Source: a virus (Duplodnaviria; Caudoviricetes). Taken from it: a DNA stretch of 64,000 bases. The notes beneath the pieces are model-generated. The model was given only the letters and a program-made list of their open reading frames with translations, was not told where the DNA came from and ran no database searches. Location: IMG/VR virus record IMGVR_UViG_3300021387_000189, positions 1 through 64,000 of that record. One strand, given 5' to 3'. Made by a program: the position numbers and the translations under genes. Numbering within the stretch: position 1 is the stretch's first letter; each line of letters begins with the position of its first letter. Below, piece after piece: positions 45,277-55,006 of this stretch.

Positions 45277-46326
45277 ATGGACCATTATTATGAATATGCA
45301 TGGAAGCATAGCACTCATGAATTTGATGACTGCAAGAGTGTGACTGTGTCTCTCAAAGTTGATGGAACTCCATTGCAGATGGAGTCAGTTGGTGACGGTG
45401 TGAAGTTCCATTCAAGAGGATCTAGCATGACAAAGCCTGGTCCTGAGATTACATCTGTAGATCTCTTCATGAACCCAGCTTTCTATCCTCAGGTAGAGTT
45501 CTTGAAGAAAGCTGTAGAAGACCAAGCAGAGATGTACTTGGAATATGTGCATCTGCTCAACTTTGAAGTCATAGTAGAGAACAAGCATCATATCATACAA
45601 TATGATCAGAAGCCATCTGGCAATATGTTCCTCCTAAGTGCAACTACAAAGAATGACAGTCAAGTGGATCAAAAGATGTTGCCACAGATAGCAAAGTCTC
45701 TTGGTGTAGAGCCAATTCCATTTGTAGAGCTAGAGAATAGAGATGACTTGATGGAGAAGATTTGGCAATTCTCTAAGAATACTAGATTCTATGACAATAG
45801 TGGCTATCTAGAAGACCTTGACAAGAAGCTTGGATGCAAGACTCTGTGTCGAGAGCACATGGAAGGCATAGTCCTCAAAATCAATGGAGGCAAGCATGAT
45901 GGAATGATGCTGAAGATTGACTCTCCAGAATTCAAGAATGAGCTTTCTCAAAGAAAGGACAAGAAGATGTCTGATAGAGAGTCAAGCAACATATCTAGTG
46001 TCCTTGAGTGTGCTAAGAAGCACATAGACATGTCTAAGCTGAGCAAGTGGAGCAATGACCCGTTAGAGAACTTGATAGCTAACTATGAGAAGACTATAGC
46101 ATCTGACTCTTCAGCTTTGCAAGACTTTGTCAATGTATGCAAGAAAGCAAAGCCAAACTTGCTAGCTCCTACACCTGCAGCAATTCCACAACAATATCAG
46201 ATCAAATCTTCTGACCAAGCATGGCTGACTGGACTTCATCACTTTGTCTGGCTATTCAGGAAAGAACGTAAGGGATTACTAGCAGGAGCAACACCTATAG
46301 TCAGGAAGATTAGAGGAATCAGTTAA
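45277..46326 (+). CDS. ATP-dependent RNA/DNA ligase-like nucleotidyltransferase
   Basis: Motif I KVDG, motif III-like NFEV, motif IV EGIVLK, motif V LKID. Confidence 0.6.
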   Translation: MDHYYEYAWKHSTHEFDDCKSVTVSLKVDGTPLQMESVGDGVKFHSRGSSMTKPGPEITSVDLFMNPAFYPQVEFLKKAVEDQAEMYLEYVHLLNFEVIVENKHHIIQYDQKPSGNMFLLSATTKNDSQVDQKMLPQIAKSLGVEPIPFVELENRDDLMEKIWQFSKNTRFYDNSGYLEDLDKKLGCKTLCREHMEGIVLKINGGKHDGMMLKIDSPEFKNELSQRKDKKMSDRESSNISSVLECAKKHIDMSKLSKWSNDPLENLIANYEKTIASDSSALQDFVNVCKKAKPNLLAPTPAAIPQQYQIKSSDQAWLTGLHHFVWLFRKERKGLLAGATPIVRKIRGIS

Positions 46327-46396
46327 ACTTTGTTAAAATCTGAATAATATCTAGCGAATCATTGCAATGGTTCGCTTTTTTTGTGTAATTTTGCAG
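46321..46396 (+). promoter_or_regulatory. terminator hairpin overlapping a Bacteroidota-type early promoter
   Basis: GTTAAAC/TGTTAAA; AGCGAATCATTG/CAATGGTTCGCT-TTTTTT; TAATTTTGCAG at 46386. Confidence 0.65.
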
Positions 46397-46419
46397 TATA
46401 AACAAAAAATGATTGAGAT

Positions 46420-47637
46420 ATGGAGTTCTACATTACACCAGACAAGAGACAGAAATGTGAGCAAGTCATAGACAAGACTTTCTCTAAGTTCACTGCTAAG
46501 CCTAAGGTCTCTTATGAGACAGTGAAGAAGCTTGTCACTAAGGACAAAGACCAGTATGAGATTGAGTTGCTCAAAGTCACAATAGAAGACATCCAGCAGA
46601 ATGAGTGGACACTTGTTGCAACAGTCAACTATAGAGAGGATGCCATGCTAGTGGTTGATGACTCACTGTTCAAGTCAGTCCCAGAAAGCTTAGGACTCAG
46701 CTACACTAAGTGTGATTTCTGTGGGTCAACACACTCTAACAGGAAAGAGTCTCATATCTTGTACAACTCTAGCAAAGATGAGTGGATGCAGGTAGGCACT
46801 GCTTGTGTAGACAAGATGGTTGATGGAGGCAAGTACATCAACAGAGTGATGGCTAGCCTTGACAAAGTGGTCAACAAGCTTGGTGGATGTCACAGTGAGA
46901 GCTTTAGCTCTTGGATGCCAGACTTCAAGTACTGGTCGCTTGCTATCAAGATCAAGAAAGCTGTAGAGCTCATCAAGAAGTTCAGAGCAGAGAAGTCATT
47001 TGTATGGCGCAAAGCCGAGTATGATGAGAATGGAGACAAGGTGTTTGAAGGAACCTCATCGCAGCTCAAAGACTTTGCAAAGTGGCATCACAACACTATC
47101 AAGGAAGCTGATGATGAATACTTCAGCAAGGTCCAGGCTCATGTAGACTCTCTTGAAGGAAGCTATGATGACTGGACTGGTGAAGCTGACATGAATCAGA
47201 GAATCAAGGATTGCTTTGCTAATGGATATGTCAAAGTTGCAGAGCTCTACTTAGTGTTCTTTGCACAGAAAGGATATGAGGACACTCTTGGGAAGAGTCA
47301 GTTTGAGCAAGATCTTGAGAAGTTTGGAATTGCTAAAGGTGAGAAGTTTGAGTTCTGTGGAACTATAGAGAACATAGAGTTCTTGGAAGGAGAAGGACCT
47401 TACTGGGACTGGACTTCTAGAGACTCTTGGCTGTATACCCTCGTTGATGACAGAACTGGGATGAGATTTGAGAAGGAAGTTGCATCAAAGAGCACTATCA
47501 ATGCTTTTGAGCAGAGTGATGGGAAGATCAAGTTTGTTGGAACTGTGAAGTACATCGCTTACAGGACACACACTATAGTCCTTGGAGGACGCTTGAGCAA
47601 AGCTAAAGAGAAGAAAGAGAAGAAGAACAAGAAATAA
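46420..47637 (+). CDS. hypothetical early protein with Zn-finger-like motif
   Basis: CDFCG..H.NR...QVGTAC; possible C-terminal OB-like region. Confidence 0.7.
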   Translation: MEFYITPDKRQKCEQVIDKTFSKFTAKPKVSYETVKKLVTKDKDQYEIELLKVTIEDIQQNEWTLVATVNYREDAMLVVDDSLFKSVPESLGLSYTKCDFCGSTHSNRKESHILYNSSKDEWMQVGTACVDKMVDGGKYINRVMASLDKVVNKLGGCHSESFSSWMPDFKYWSLAIKIKKAVELIKKFRAEKSFVWRKAEYDENGDKVFEGTSSQLKDFAKWHHNTIKEADDEYFSKVQAHVDSLEGSYDDWTGEADMNQRIKDCFANGYVKVAELYLVFFAQKGYEDTLGKSQFEQDLEKFGIAKGEKFEFCGTIENIEFLEGEGPYWDWTSRDSWLYTLVDDRTGMRFEKEVASKSTINAFEQSDGKIKFVGTVKYIAYRTHTIVLGGRLSKAKEKKEKKNKK

Positions 47638-47653
47638 CTAATTAAATCAAGAT

Positions 47654-48376
47654 ATGAATATGAAAATCAAAGACTTAGTGAATATCACAGGCATAGAGCA
47701 AAGGAGTATTGAGAGAGTTGCATTCTTCTTGCTTGGCATGCTGTTTGCTGTTGCTTCTTCTACTTACACTATGTGGCTAGGAGAGAAGTATAACTTAGTA
47801 GAGCACAAGATTGAGTACACTAACGTCATCAGCTATGTTCCTGCTAATTCTATCAGCAAGAGTGTCAAGACGCTCTCAGGAGCAAAAAGAAGTGTCTCAG
47901 ACAAAGGGATAATGTTCATCAAGCAGAATGAAGGGATGCTCCGGCAAGCTGTATGGGACGTGAATGGTATCTCTGTAGGATGGGGTCACAAGATCAACTC
48001 TAGTGATCCTAAGTGGCTCAGAGACTTCAAGATTGGTCAATGGATAAGTGCCTCATCAGCTAATGAGCTGCTTGCTAATGACATAGAGAATTTCTTGAAT
48101 CCTAGCCTGAGATATGCTCTTAGAGACTTAGAGTCTAGTGGTGTTGACACTAAGAAGCTTTCTCAAGGCTTTGTAGATGGCATGGCCGACATGATATACA
48201 ACTGTGGTCTCAATGGCATGATGACTACAGACTTCTACTATACACTGAAGAAAGGACATATAGACAAAGCGATAAGCTTAGTCCCTTCTACTAGAGTGTA
48301 CTGTGATGGTCACAAGTCCAGAAGAGAGAAGACCTACCGGATGATGGTTGAGGCTCAAGCTTCTGCAGAGTCATAG
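47654..48376 (+). CDS. GH24 lysozyme with N-terminal membrane anchor (SAR-like endolysin candidate)
   Basis: TM segment, then FIKQNEG...WDVNGISVGWGH, DMIYNCG, GHKSRREK. Confidence 0.75.
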   Translation: MNMKIKDLVNITGIEQRSIERVAFFLLGMLFAVASSTYTMWLGEKYNLVEHKIEYTNVISYVPANSISKSVKTLSGAKRSVSDKGIMFIKQNEGMLRQAVWDVNGISVGWGHKINSSDPKWLRDFKIGQWISASSANELLANDIENFLNPSLRYALRDLESSGVDTKKLSQGFVDGMADMIYNCGLNGMMTTDFYYTLKKGHIDKAISLVPSTRVYCDGHKSRREKTYRMMVEAQASAES

Positions 48377-49557
48377 TCAAACTGGTCTTCACACAGCTCC
48401 TCAACAGGCCTGACTCTCAAGTCAGGCATATGCTTCTTGATGACAGCTATCAATCTGTCAACAGCATTGTCATATTCTTGCAAGATTTGATTGACTGTAG
48501 AAGTCTTTGATGTCTTTTCTATTTTATATGGATCAAAGGCTTCCATGAACTCATCTGGATAGTTTTTCATATAGAGAGCTAGGTTGCAAAGAGCAAACAT
48601 AGTACTATATGTCACATGTACTGAGTCAAATATTTCAACAGCGATTTTTTTGCTATCACCAAGATGCGCTCTATATGCTGGCTCATATGTCATAATAACA
48701 AAATCCAACAGCATTCTTGATGTTGAGCCATCTTCATCTGAAGGAATGATTTCTATTTCTAAGAACACACTGTATGAGTTGTTTTCATCTAGAATATCAG
48801 TATTAGCCCAATTGGTATACTTAGTGTAGCAGAATATTGGAAAATACCAAACCCAATGATTGTTAGGTCTAGTAGGAGAGACTTTCACCTTTCTTGCAAA
48901 GTACCTTTCATCAAAGACTCCGGGATCTTCATCAACATCAAACTCTTCTAAGTAATTCTCAGAAGCAAATGCTTTTAGAGCATTGTTAGCAGCTTCTACA
49001 GTCATGAGTGAGATGTCTCCAATCTTTGACTTCTCTCTCTTTGCAAACTCTCGACTTACTTTCTTAGAAAGGCCAAGAGAAGTCTTAGTCTCTACAAGCT
49101 GCAGCTTTGGCTTCTTGTGTTCATTCTTCTTCTGCTTGTATAGCCAGTCAATCAGCTTGTCTTTGACTGAAGAGAACTTGAAGTCATAAGGGACTAGCAA
49201 GACTGGCATCTTGCTTGACCCATTTGTCTTGTAGAATCCAAACAAGTAGTTCTCATCTCCAATTATGCTCCAGTCAAGCCCAATGGCTTTAGCAGCATTG
49301 CCTATGATAGTAGAAATCAAGTCTTTCAGCACATCATTCATCTGATCTCTGTCAAGACCTACTTGCTTAGTTATTTTCTTGAATGATGTGTCAAATGTAG
49401 AGTTGTACTTGAAGTTCTTCTCAAAGTCCCAATACTCTTTGAACTGCTTCAAGAAGTCGACTTTGTCATCCATAGTCTCTTTTGGGACTAAGTCTAGTTG
49501 GCTGTTCTGTGAAGTAGCCTCTGACAGAGGCTTGTCAAAGTCGAATCTGTCTCTCAT
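48355..49557 (-). CDS. hypothetical protein carrying the LxE..LGLSKKV motif
   Basis: LSEA near the N-terminus; LVETKTSLGLSKKVSREF; AATAAATAA upstream. Confidence 0.7.
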   Translation of the reverse strand: MRDRFDFDKPLSEATSQNSQLDLVPKETMDDKVDFLKQFKEYWDFEKNFKYNSTFDTSFKKITKQVGLDRDQMNDVLKDLISTIIGNAAKAIGLDWSIIGDENYLFGFYKTNGSSKMPVLLVPYDFKFSSVKDKLIDWLYKQKKNEHKKPKLQLVETKTSLGLSKKVSREFAKREKSKIGDISLMTVEAANNALKAFASENYLEEFDVDEDPGVFDERYFARKVKVSPTRPNNHWVWYFPIFCYTKYTNWANTDILDENNSYSVFLEIEIIPSDEDGSTSRMLLDFVIMTYEPAYRAHLGDSKKIAVEIFDSVHVTYSTMFALCNLALYMKNYPDEFMEAFDPYKIEKTSKTSTVNQILQEYDNAVDRLIAVIKKHMPDLRVRPVEELCEDQFDYDSAEA

Positions 49558-49621
49558 GATTGTTATTTATTGTATGCCAGACTTCTCATAAATATATCTA
49601 GAAACAACACAACAGCAAAAA

Positions 49622-50293
49622 ATGATACAAGATACACTTAAGAGAGTCCCATGTATTGGGTCTCACAACACTATGTCATATCTGAAGCCTTCTGGTTTCT
49701 GGGCAAGAGCATTCAGATTCATGGCACAATGCCAGAGGAAGACCTACAAAGAGCAATACTTTGAGTATGGAGCTAGAGTGTTTGACTTGAGGCTATTCTT
49801 CAACAATAGTGGAAGATGCTACTTCAAGCACGGCCTAGCAGTGTTTGAGACCTTCTCTGTGTTTGAAGTGCTAGACTTTTTCAACAAGCAAGGAGACTGC
49901 TTAGTGAGGATATTGCTTGAGGAGACTAAGGCTGACTCTAAGAAGAGAAACATAAAGTTCATAGAAGAAAGATTCAAGACCATCTGCCATATCATAGAAG
50001 AGGTATACCCAAACATCAAGTTCTTTGGTGGTGAGAGAAAGTTCGACTGGCAGAAGCTGTATGAGTTCAAGTATGAGAAAGAGCATGGAGCTCCAAGAAT
50101 GATAGACTTGTACAGCAGCACTACATGCTTGTTTGATAAAGACCGACACGGGAAGACCTGCTTGATAGACTTCATAGATGACTGGTGTCCATGGCTATAT
50201 GCAAAGATCAACAACAAGAAGAACTACAAAGAGTATCATAGAGAAAGAGATGACATTGACTGCTTCTTGATAGACTTTGTAGACATAAGGTAG
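49622..50293 (+). CDS. PI-PLC X-domain-like phosphodiesterase
   Basis: IGSHN, AQCQ...EQY..GARVFDLR, FKHG, RILLE. Confidence 0.8.
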   Translation: MIQDTLKRVPCIGSHNTMSYLKPSGFWARAFRFMAQCQRKTYKEQYFEYGARVFDLRLFFNNSGRCYFKHGLAVFETFSVFEVLDFFNKQGDCLVRILLEETKADSKKRNIKFIEERFKTICHIIEEVYPNIKFFGGERKFDWQKLYEFKYEKEHGAPRMIDLYSSTTCLFDKDRHGKTCLIDFIDDWCPWLYAKINNKKNYKEYHRERDDIDCFLIDFVDIR

Positions 50294-50349
50294 ACAAACT
50301 TCTTTGAAGCTGATACATACAATATAAAATCAATAGCATACGTACTCAA

Positions 50350-51072
50350 ATGGCTTCAAAGAAAAGACAATCAAAGAAGATAGAAGACTCATCAGTTGAA
50401 GAGACAAAGCCTGACATAGCAGATGCAGGTAGAGAGCCTTCAACTGATGTGACTGTAGGAAATACAGCAGAAGAAGAGAAACCAGAAGATCATAAGAAAG
50501 AGAAGAGACAAATAGTGTTCTTCAGCTCATTGCCATCAATCAAGAAATTCTTGCTAGATGAAGAGTCAGATGAGAGAGCAGCAATAGAGAAAATAATCAA
50601 TATCTGCATCAATGACTTTGCTCTGAAGTGTGCTGTCCTCATTGAAGAGTCTGTATTGATTCCGTCATCTGCTTACACATATGTGACATTCATGGAGAGA
50701 TTTGGTTTCTTACAGCAAGAAGACTCTACAACAGAAGAGGCTGCAAGATTCATATCGGCAAGAATAGAAGACTCTGCAACATATGAAAAGATACTTGAAG
50801 CCTGTATGTCAAGACGTCCTTGGCTTTTTGATGAAGTCCCAGATGAAGAGAAATTAGACATAGAATGGGCTAACTATGTTGACAAAGACCTGCTCAAAGC
50901 AGAGAAAATTGCAAAGAGCAAGATAAGCAAGATGTTTGGTGTTGGGACATTTCCAGAGTTGATGATTTGGTACAACTACAGTGATGTTGCAAACTCTTGG
51001 CAATTTGTGTATTCTATTGCTGCTCCTAAGGACAAGCTTGTAGATAAAGAAGAAAAAGAAAAGAAGAGCTAA
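50350..51072 (+). CDS. hypothetical protein (paralog of 51077..51589)
   Basis: Shares DF..KC..I..S..IP.S.YTY..F and MF..G.FP.L...Y......W.F.Y.I with the next gene. Confidence 0.7.
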   Translation: MASKKRQSKKIEDSSVEETKPDIADAGREPSTDVTVGNTAEEEKPEDHKKEKRQIVFFSSLPSIKKFLLDEESDERAAIEKIINICINDFALKCAVLIEESVLIPSSAYTYVTFMERFGFLQQEDSTTEEAARFISARIEDSATYEKILEACMSRRPWLFDEVPDEEKLDIEWANYVDKDLLKAEKIAKSKISKMFGVGTFPELMIWYNYSDVANSWQFVYSIAAPKDKLVDKEEKEKKS

Positions 51073-51076
51073 GAAT

Positions 51077-51589
51077 ATGGGGATGAGGAATGATGACAAT
51101 CCTAATGAGATTACCGTTGAGTTAGGATCTTCTGAAAATCAAGCGATAGTGATGTTCAACAACATCAGAGGATTTGATCATACAAACTATGACAATCCAA
51201 AGCTCTTAGACAAGATAGTAGAATTTGTCAAGAAAGACTTTGTTGCAAAGTGCTTGATGATCTTGAAGTCTAGTGGCAAAGTGCCAGAGTCTCTATACAC
51301 ATATGACATGTTCAACAAGATGTTTGCTATCAATCAATGTGGAGATGTCACTACATCAAAAGAGAAGAAAGTGTACTCATTCTTGATTTCTAACCAACAA
51401 GACATTGAAGAGATAGTCTTGATGATAAGAGACAACTTCAATGCTTCACACTACAAATTCCAAGATGATGTGTCAGAGACCGATGTCAGGCGAATGTTCC
51501 AAGGAGGTGAGTTCCCATTCCTGAAAGTGAAGTATGCTTGGCATGGAGGCACAGAAGAGTGGCACTTTGCATACTATATCACTAGATGA
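51077..51589 (+). CDS. hypothetical protein (paralog of 50350..51072)
   Basis: Same shared motifs as the preceding gene. Confidence 0.7.
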   Translation: MGMRNDDNPNEITVELGSSENQAIVMFNNIRGFDHTNYDNPKLLDKIVEFVKKDFVAKCLMILKSSGKVPESLYTYDMFNKMFAINQCGDVTTSKEKKVYSFLISNQQDIEEIVLMIRDNFNASHYKFQDDVSETDVRRMFQGGEFPFLKVKYAWHGGTEEWHFAYYITR

Positions 51590-51602
51590 CAATACAAGCT
51601 AT

Positions 51603-52427
51603 ATGAATACAAAAGACAAATATGAGAGGATAGAGATTCTAGGATTGTCAAGCAAATGCTATCCTGGATTTTGCGCCAAAGAAATAGAAGAAGTAATTGA
51701 CAGCTGGATTATCCCATCTTACAAGCATGGCAGGACAAGGTATGACAGTGTAGGATATAGTGAGTATACTTTTTGCTTGTCATCAAAAGACATCAAGAAC
51801 ATAAGTGTAGGTCTTGACATTCCTATATTGATCCATACACTAAAGCCTAGGGTTGGCACTATAGCTATAGTAGGAGAAGCACCATCAAGACCAAGGCTGT
51901 TCAAGGATGATCTGTATGAAGAGATTGTCTCATCTTTGAGTGTTGGGCTTCCATTCGGTCAACATGATGCTGGGTGGTCTGTTGCTCCTAGAGTGTATGA
52001 TATGCTCATAAGCTGGTACTTAGATGCTGGGTTTGATGTCTACCTGACAAACCTGTCTAAGTGGATATATGGATACAAGCTTAATCGTGATGGAGCCCCA
52101 ATATATGAGAAAGACAATCAGACTATCATAGACACCCTGGAAGAAGAGTTCATGACAGTTAAAAAGACTACTGGAAATCTCAATCACATCATATGGCTTG
52201 GTGATGCACAGTGGAAGAGATTCATATATGGAGAGTCAGTTAGGAATCTTCATACAGACTATACTATCTTTCCACATCCAAGTGGTGCAAATGGAGCCGC
52301 TTGGAAGAAGTTGCTCAAAGAGAAAGAATGCACTAAAGAGAACAAAGTTGAATATATGGTCAAGAATGCTAATGTACTATATAGAGATGGAGATAGCTTT
52401 TGCAGCACAATTCCTCTATCTGAATAG
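51603..52427 (+). CDS. uracil-DNA glycosylase superfamily-like protein
   Basis: Motif A IVGEAP, YLTNLSK, IIWLG, motif B HPSGAN. Confidence 0.65.
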   Translation: MNTKDKYERIEILGLSSKCYPGFCAKEIEEVIDSWIIPSYKHGRTRYDSVGYSEYTFCLSSKDIKNISVGLDIPILIHTLKPRVGTIAIVGEAPSRPRLFKDDLYEEIVSSLSVGLPFGQHDAGWSVAPRVYDMLISWYLDAGFDVYLTNLSKWIYGYKLNRDGAPIYEKDNQTIIDTLEEEFMTVKKTTGNLNHIIWLGDAQWKRFIYGESVRNLHTDYTIFPHPSGANGAAWKKLLKEKECTKENKVEYMVKNANVLYRDGDSFCSTIPLSE

Positions 52428-52433
52428 CATATT

Positions 52434-52510
52434 TGTTAAATAATGTTAAATCCTGTCACTTTCTTGTGACAGGATTTCTTTATTTCAAATATTTGTGGTA
52501 TTTTTGCAGA
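52434..52510 (+). promoter_or_regulatory. hairpin plus Bacteroidota-type early promoter
   Basis: TGTTAAAT twice; AAATCCTGTCAC/GTGACAGGATTT; TATTTTTGCAG at 52499. Confidence 0.7.
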
Positions 52511-52522
52511 AAATTCAAAGTT

Positions 52523-52873
52523 ATGAGTAAAACTTATCACAGAAATCGAAAGAAAGAAGCAGAAGCTTATGTCGCAGAGAACGGCTCTCAGTTTCCAGGC
52601 TTAGGCTTCTCAGTTTGGAGTCCAACCTATCAAATGGTAGTGAGCAAGTTCGCCAGGCATCCAAACAGATGTGCTAAAAGCTCTCTTCAGAGAGAGTTCA
52701 ATAAGTATGGCATAAAGCCAATGACTGACTCTTGGAAGAGAATCTTGGGATCAGCTTTCATGCAGTCATCAAGACTGAAGACAATTCGTCAGGAGATGAG
52801 TCACAGCAGACGTTGCAAGATGAAAGCTGAGGTGTCAAGAATTATCAAACAGGCTCTAGAGAGCGAAGATTAA
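52523..52873 (+). CDS. small basic protein (paralog A)
   Basis: MSKTYHRNRKKE...LQREFNKYGI.P...SWK.ILG...RL...MSH.RR.KMK.E. Confidence 0.75.
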   Translation: MSKTYHRNRKKEAEAYVAENGSQFPGLGFSVWSPTYQMVVSKFARHPNRCAKSSLQREFNKYGIKPMTDSWKRILGSAFMQSSRLKTIRQEMSHSRRCKMKAEVSRIIKQALESED

Positions 52874-52887
52874 CAATTGCTAAAGCT

Positions 52888-53223
52888 ATGAGCAAGACCT
52901 GGCATAGAAACAAGAAAAGAGAAGTAGAATTGTATGTAGAAAGATCCACTTCTGATGGTTCTGATCTTTCAAGCATTGGAAGCATACCAAGTTTGGGAGA
53001 ACGGATGAGACACTGTTGTCGACATGCAAGCAAGCCTAACAAGACTCTGCAAAGAGAGTTCACTAAGTTTGGCATCAGTCCAATATCAAAGTCTTGGAAG
53101 AACATCTTAGGAGAAAGAGATGAGCAGACATCTCGTCTCCACAGGCTCAAGAGAGACATGGCTCACAAGAGACGACACAAGATGAAGGTTGAAGCAGAGA
53201 GAATAATACAGGCATCTATCTAA
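52888..53223 (+). CDS. small basic protein (paralog B)
   Basis: MSKTWHRNKKRE...LQREFTKFGI.P...SWK.ILG...RL...MAH.RR.KMK.E. Confidence 0.75.
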   Translation: MSKTWHRNKKREVELYVERSTSDGSDLSSIGSIPSLGERMRHCCRHASKPNKTLQREFTKFGISPISKSWKNILGERDEQTSRLHRLKRDMAHKRRHKMKVEAERIIQASI

Positions 53224-53237
53224 TTTAAATAAGCTAT

Positions 53238-53843
53238 ATGAATAGTTCTACAGAATCATACTATGTCTCATTTGAGACTGCAAAGATCCTCAAGAAGAGA
53301 GGATATGTCCCTGACTATGCAGGCAGAGACTGTGCATATGATCAGGAAGGAAACTTCACCAATCTTAGGTTCAACAACTATTTCTCCACAGCACCAAAGC
53401 CAAACCCAGAAGACTTGTTCCCATGTCCTTCTTGGCAAGATGCTTTCAGATTCCTGAGAGAGCGATGGGCAGTGTATGCTTATGTGAAGAGAGACACATA
53501 TCACCACAAGTTCAGGTTTGTTGATGAGAGAGACACTCCAAGAGGAGAGCACATCAGCATGTGCTATGATACTATAGACATGGCAAGAGATGCGCTCTTC
53601 AAGTATCTAGATGAAGAGCTAGTGCCCCGCATCTATAGAGATCCAACTTTCTACAACTACACTCCATTCTCTAAAGAAGAGGAAGAAGAGATCAAGAGTG
53701 TACAAGAAGAGATACATCGTAGATGGATTCTGAAGTCCTTGAGAAGAGACTCTCTAGAGAATATTGAAGACTATATCAGCAAGCATCCAGAAGATGAAGA
53801 GTGGATTCGAGAAGGCCTAAGAGAAAATGAAGACAAAGACTAA
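53238..53843 (+). CDS. hypothetical protein
   Basis: YVSFETAKILKKRG N-terminus, a pattern common in Bacteroidota phages. Confidence 0.75.
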   Translation: MNSSTESYYVSFETAKILKKRGYVPDYAGRDCAYDQEGNFTNLRFNNYFSTAPKPNPEDLFPCPSWQDAFRFLRERWAVYAYVKRDTYHHKFRFVDERDTPRGEHISMCYDTIDMARDALFKYLDEELVPRIYRDPTFYNYTPFSKEEEEEIKSVQEEIHRRWILKSLRRDSLENIEDYISKHPEDEEWIREGLRENEDKD

Positions 53844-54342
53844 GATAAGAGAGCTTGTAGCTAAAGACCCAGTGTGGGTAGTGATTCCCCTCTTAACTGA
53901 TAAGATGTTCTCTTCGAATGTAATTGTCATGTATCCTAGAATAGTCAGGCTTGAAGTAGTGTCTTCTGGTCAAGAGACAGTGAAGACTACTTTTCCTAAA
54001 TCAAATGGCCTTAGCTTTGAGTTTCCAACTAAGTACACACTGAATGCAAGAAGAGACCCTGAAGGAAGAGTTGCCACTGCTTCTACAACATATGAGTTCT
54101 ATGATGATGTGTGGCCTGGTGAGCCAAGAGACCTGCAGTTGCTGTGCTATGCTAGCAGGAAAGAAGCAAAGATGGAGTTCAGGAAAGAATGTGACTTGGC
54201 CGTCAAGATATTGAAAAATGACATGTTCTCAATGAAGAAGAGAATATCTGCTATCAAGAAAGAAATAAAGACAATCAAAGTGTTGAGGGAGAATGCATCA
54301 GCAGCAATAAACAAAGAAACAAGAGAAGAGCTAAGAAAGTAG
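53827..54342 (+). CDS. hypothetical protein
   Basis: 171-aa ORF with C-terminal coiled coil. Confidence 0.7.
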   Translation: MKTKTKIRELVAKDPVWVVIPLLTDKMFSSNVIVMYPRIVRLEVVSSGQETVKTTFPKSNGLSFEFPTKYTLNARRDPEGRVATASTTYEFYDDVWPGEPRDLQLLCYASRKEAKMEFRKECDLAVKILKNDMFSMKKRISAIKKEIKTIKVLRENASAAINKETREELRK

Positions 54343-54400
54343 TACAAACAAATAGGAAATATCAGTATATAAGCATTATTAACTTCTAAACATTAAAGAA

Positions 54401-54985
54401 ATGAACAAGACACTAGCAATCACAATTGGTGTGATCTTAGTCATAGCACTATGGCTCACATCTAGCTACAATGGATTTGTCAACAAGCAAGAGCTTGCAA
54501 ATGAAGCCTTTGCAAATGTACAAGCAACTTACCAGCGTCGTGCAGATCTTATTCCTAACTTAGTAGAGGTAGTGAGAGGATATGCAAAGCATGAGTCACA
54601 GACTCTTGAGAATGTCATTGCAGCTCGTGCAAAAGCTACTCAAATCACTATTGACCCATCAAACATCTCTCCTGATCAGCTTGCATCCTTCCAGAAAGCA
54701 CAAGGAGAGCTCAGCCAGGCGCTTGGCAAGCTGCTAGCAGTAGCAGAGTCATACCCAGACTTGAAGGCATCAAAGAACTTCAGTGACTTGCAAGTACAGC
54801 TAGAAGGCACAGAGAATCGCATCAATGAAGCACGACAGAAGTACAACAAAGCAGTGAAAGAGTATAACTCTAGTATTCGAAAGTTCCCTGGAGCATTCAT
54901 ATCAAGCATGTATGGATTTGAGAAGATGGACATGTTTGAGGCTTCAGAATCCGCCAAGGATGCTCCAAAAGTGAGCTTTGACTAA
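54401..54985 (+). CDS. lemA: LemA family protein
   Basis: N-terminal TM, YN..V, QRRADLIPNLV, AESYPDLKAS.NF, LEGTENRI. Confidence 0.95.
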   Translation: MNKTLAITIGVILVIALWLTSSYNGFVNKQELANEAFANVQATYQRRADLIPNLVEVVRGYAKHESQTLENVIAARAKATQITIDPSNISPDQLASFQKAQGELSQALGKLLAVAESYPDLKASKNFSDLQVQLEGTENRINEARQKYNKAVKEYNSSIRKFPGAFISSMYGFEKMDMFEASESAKDAPKVSFD

Positions 54986-55006
54986 TCTATCAGCTTTTTG
55001 TGAGAA

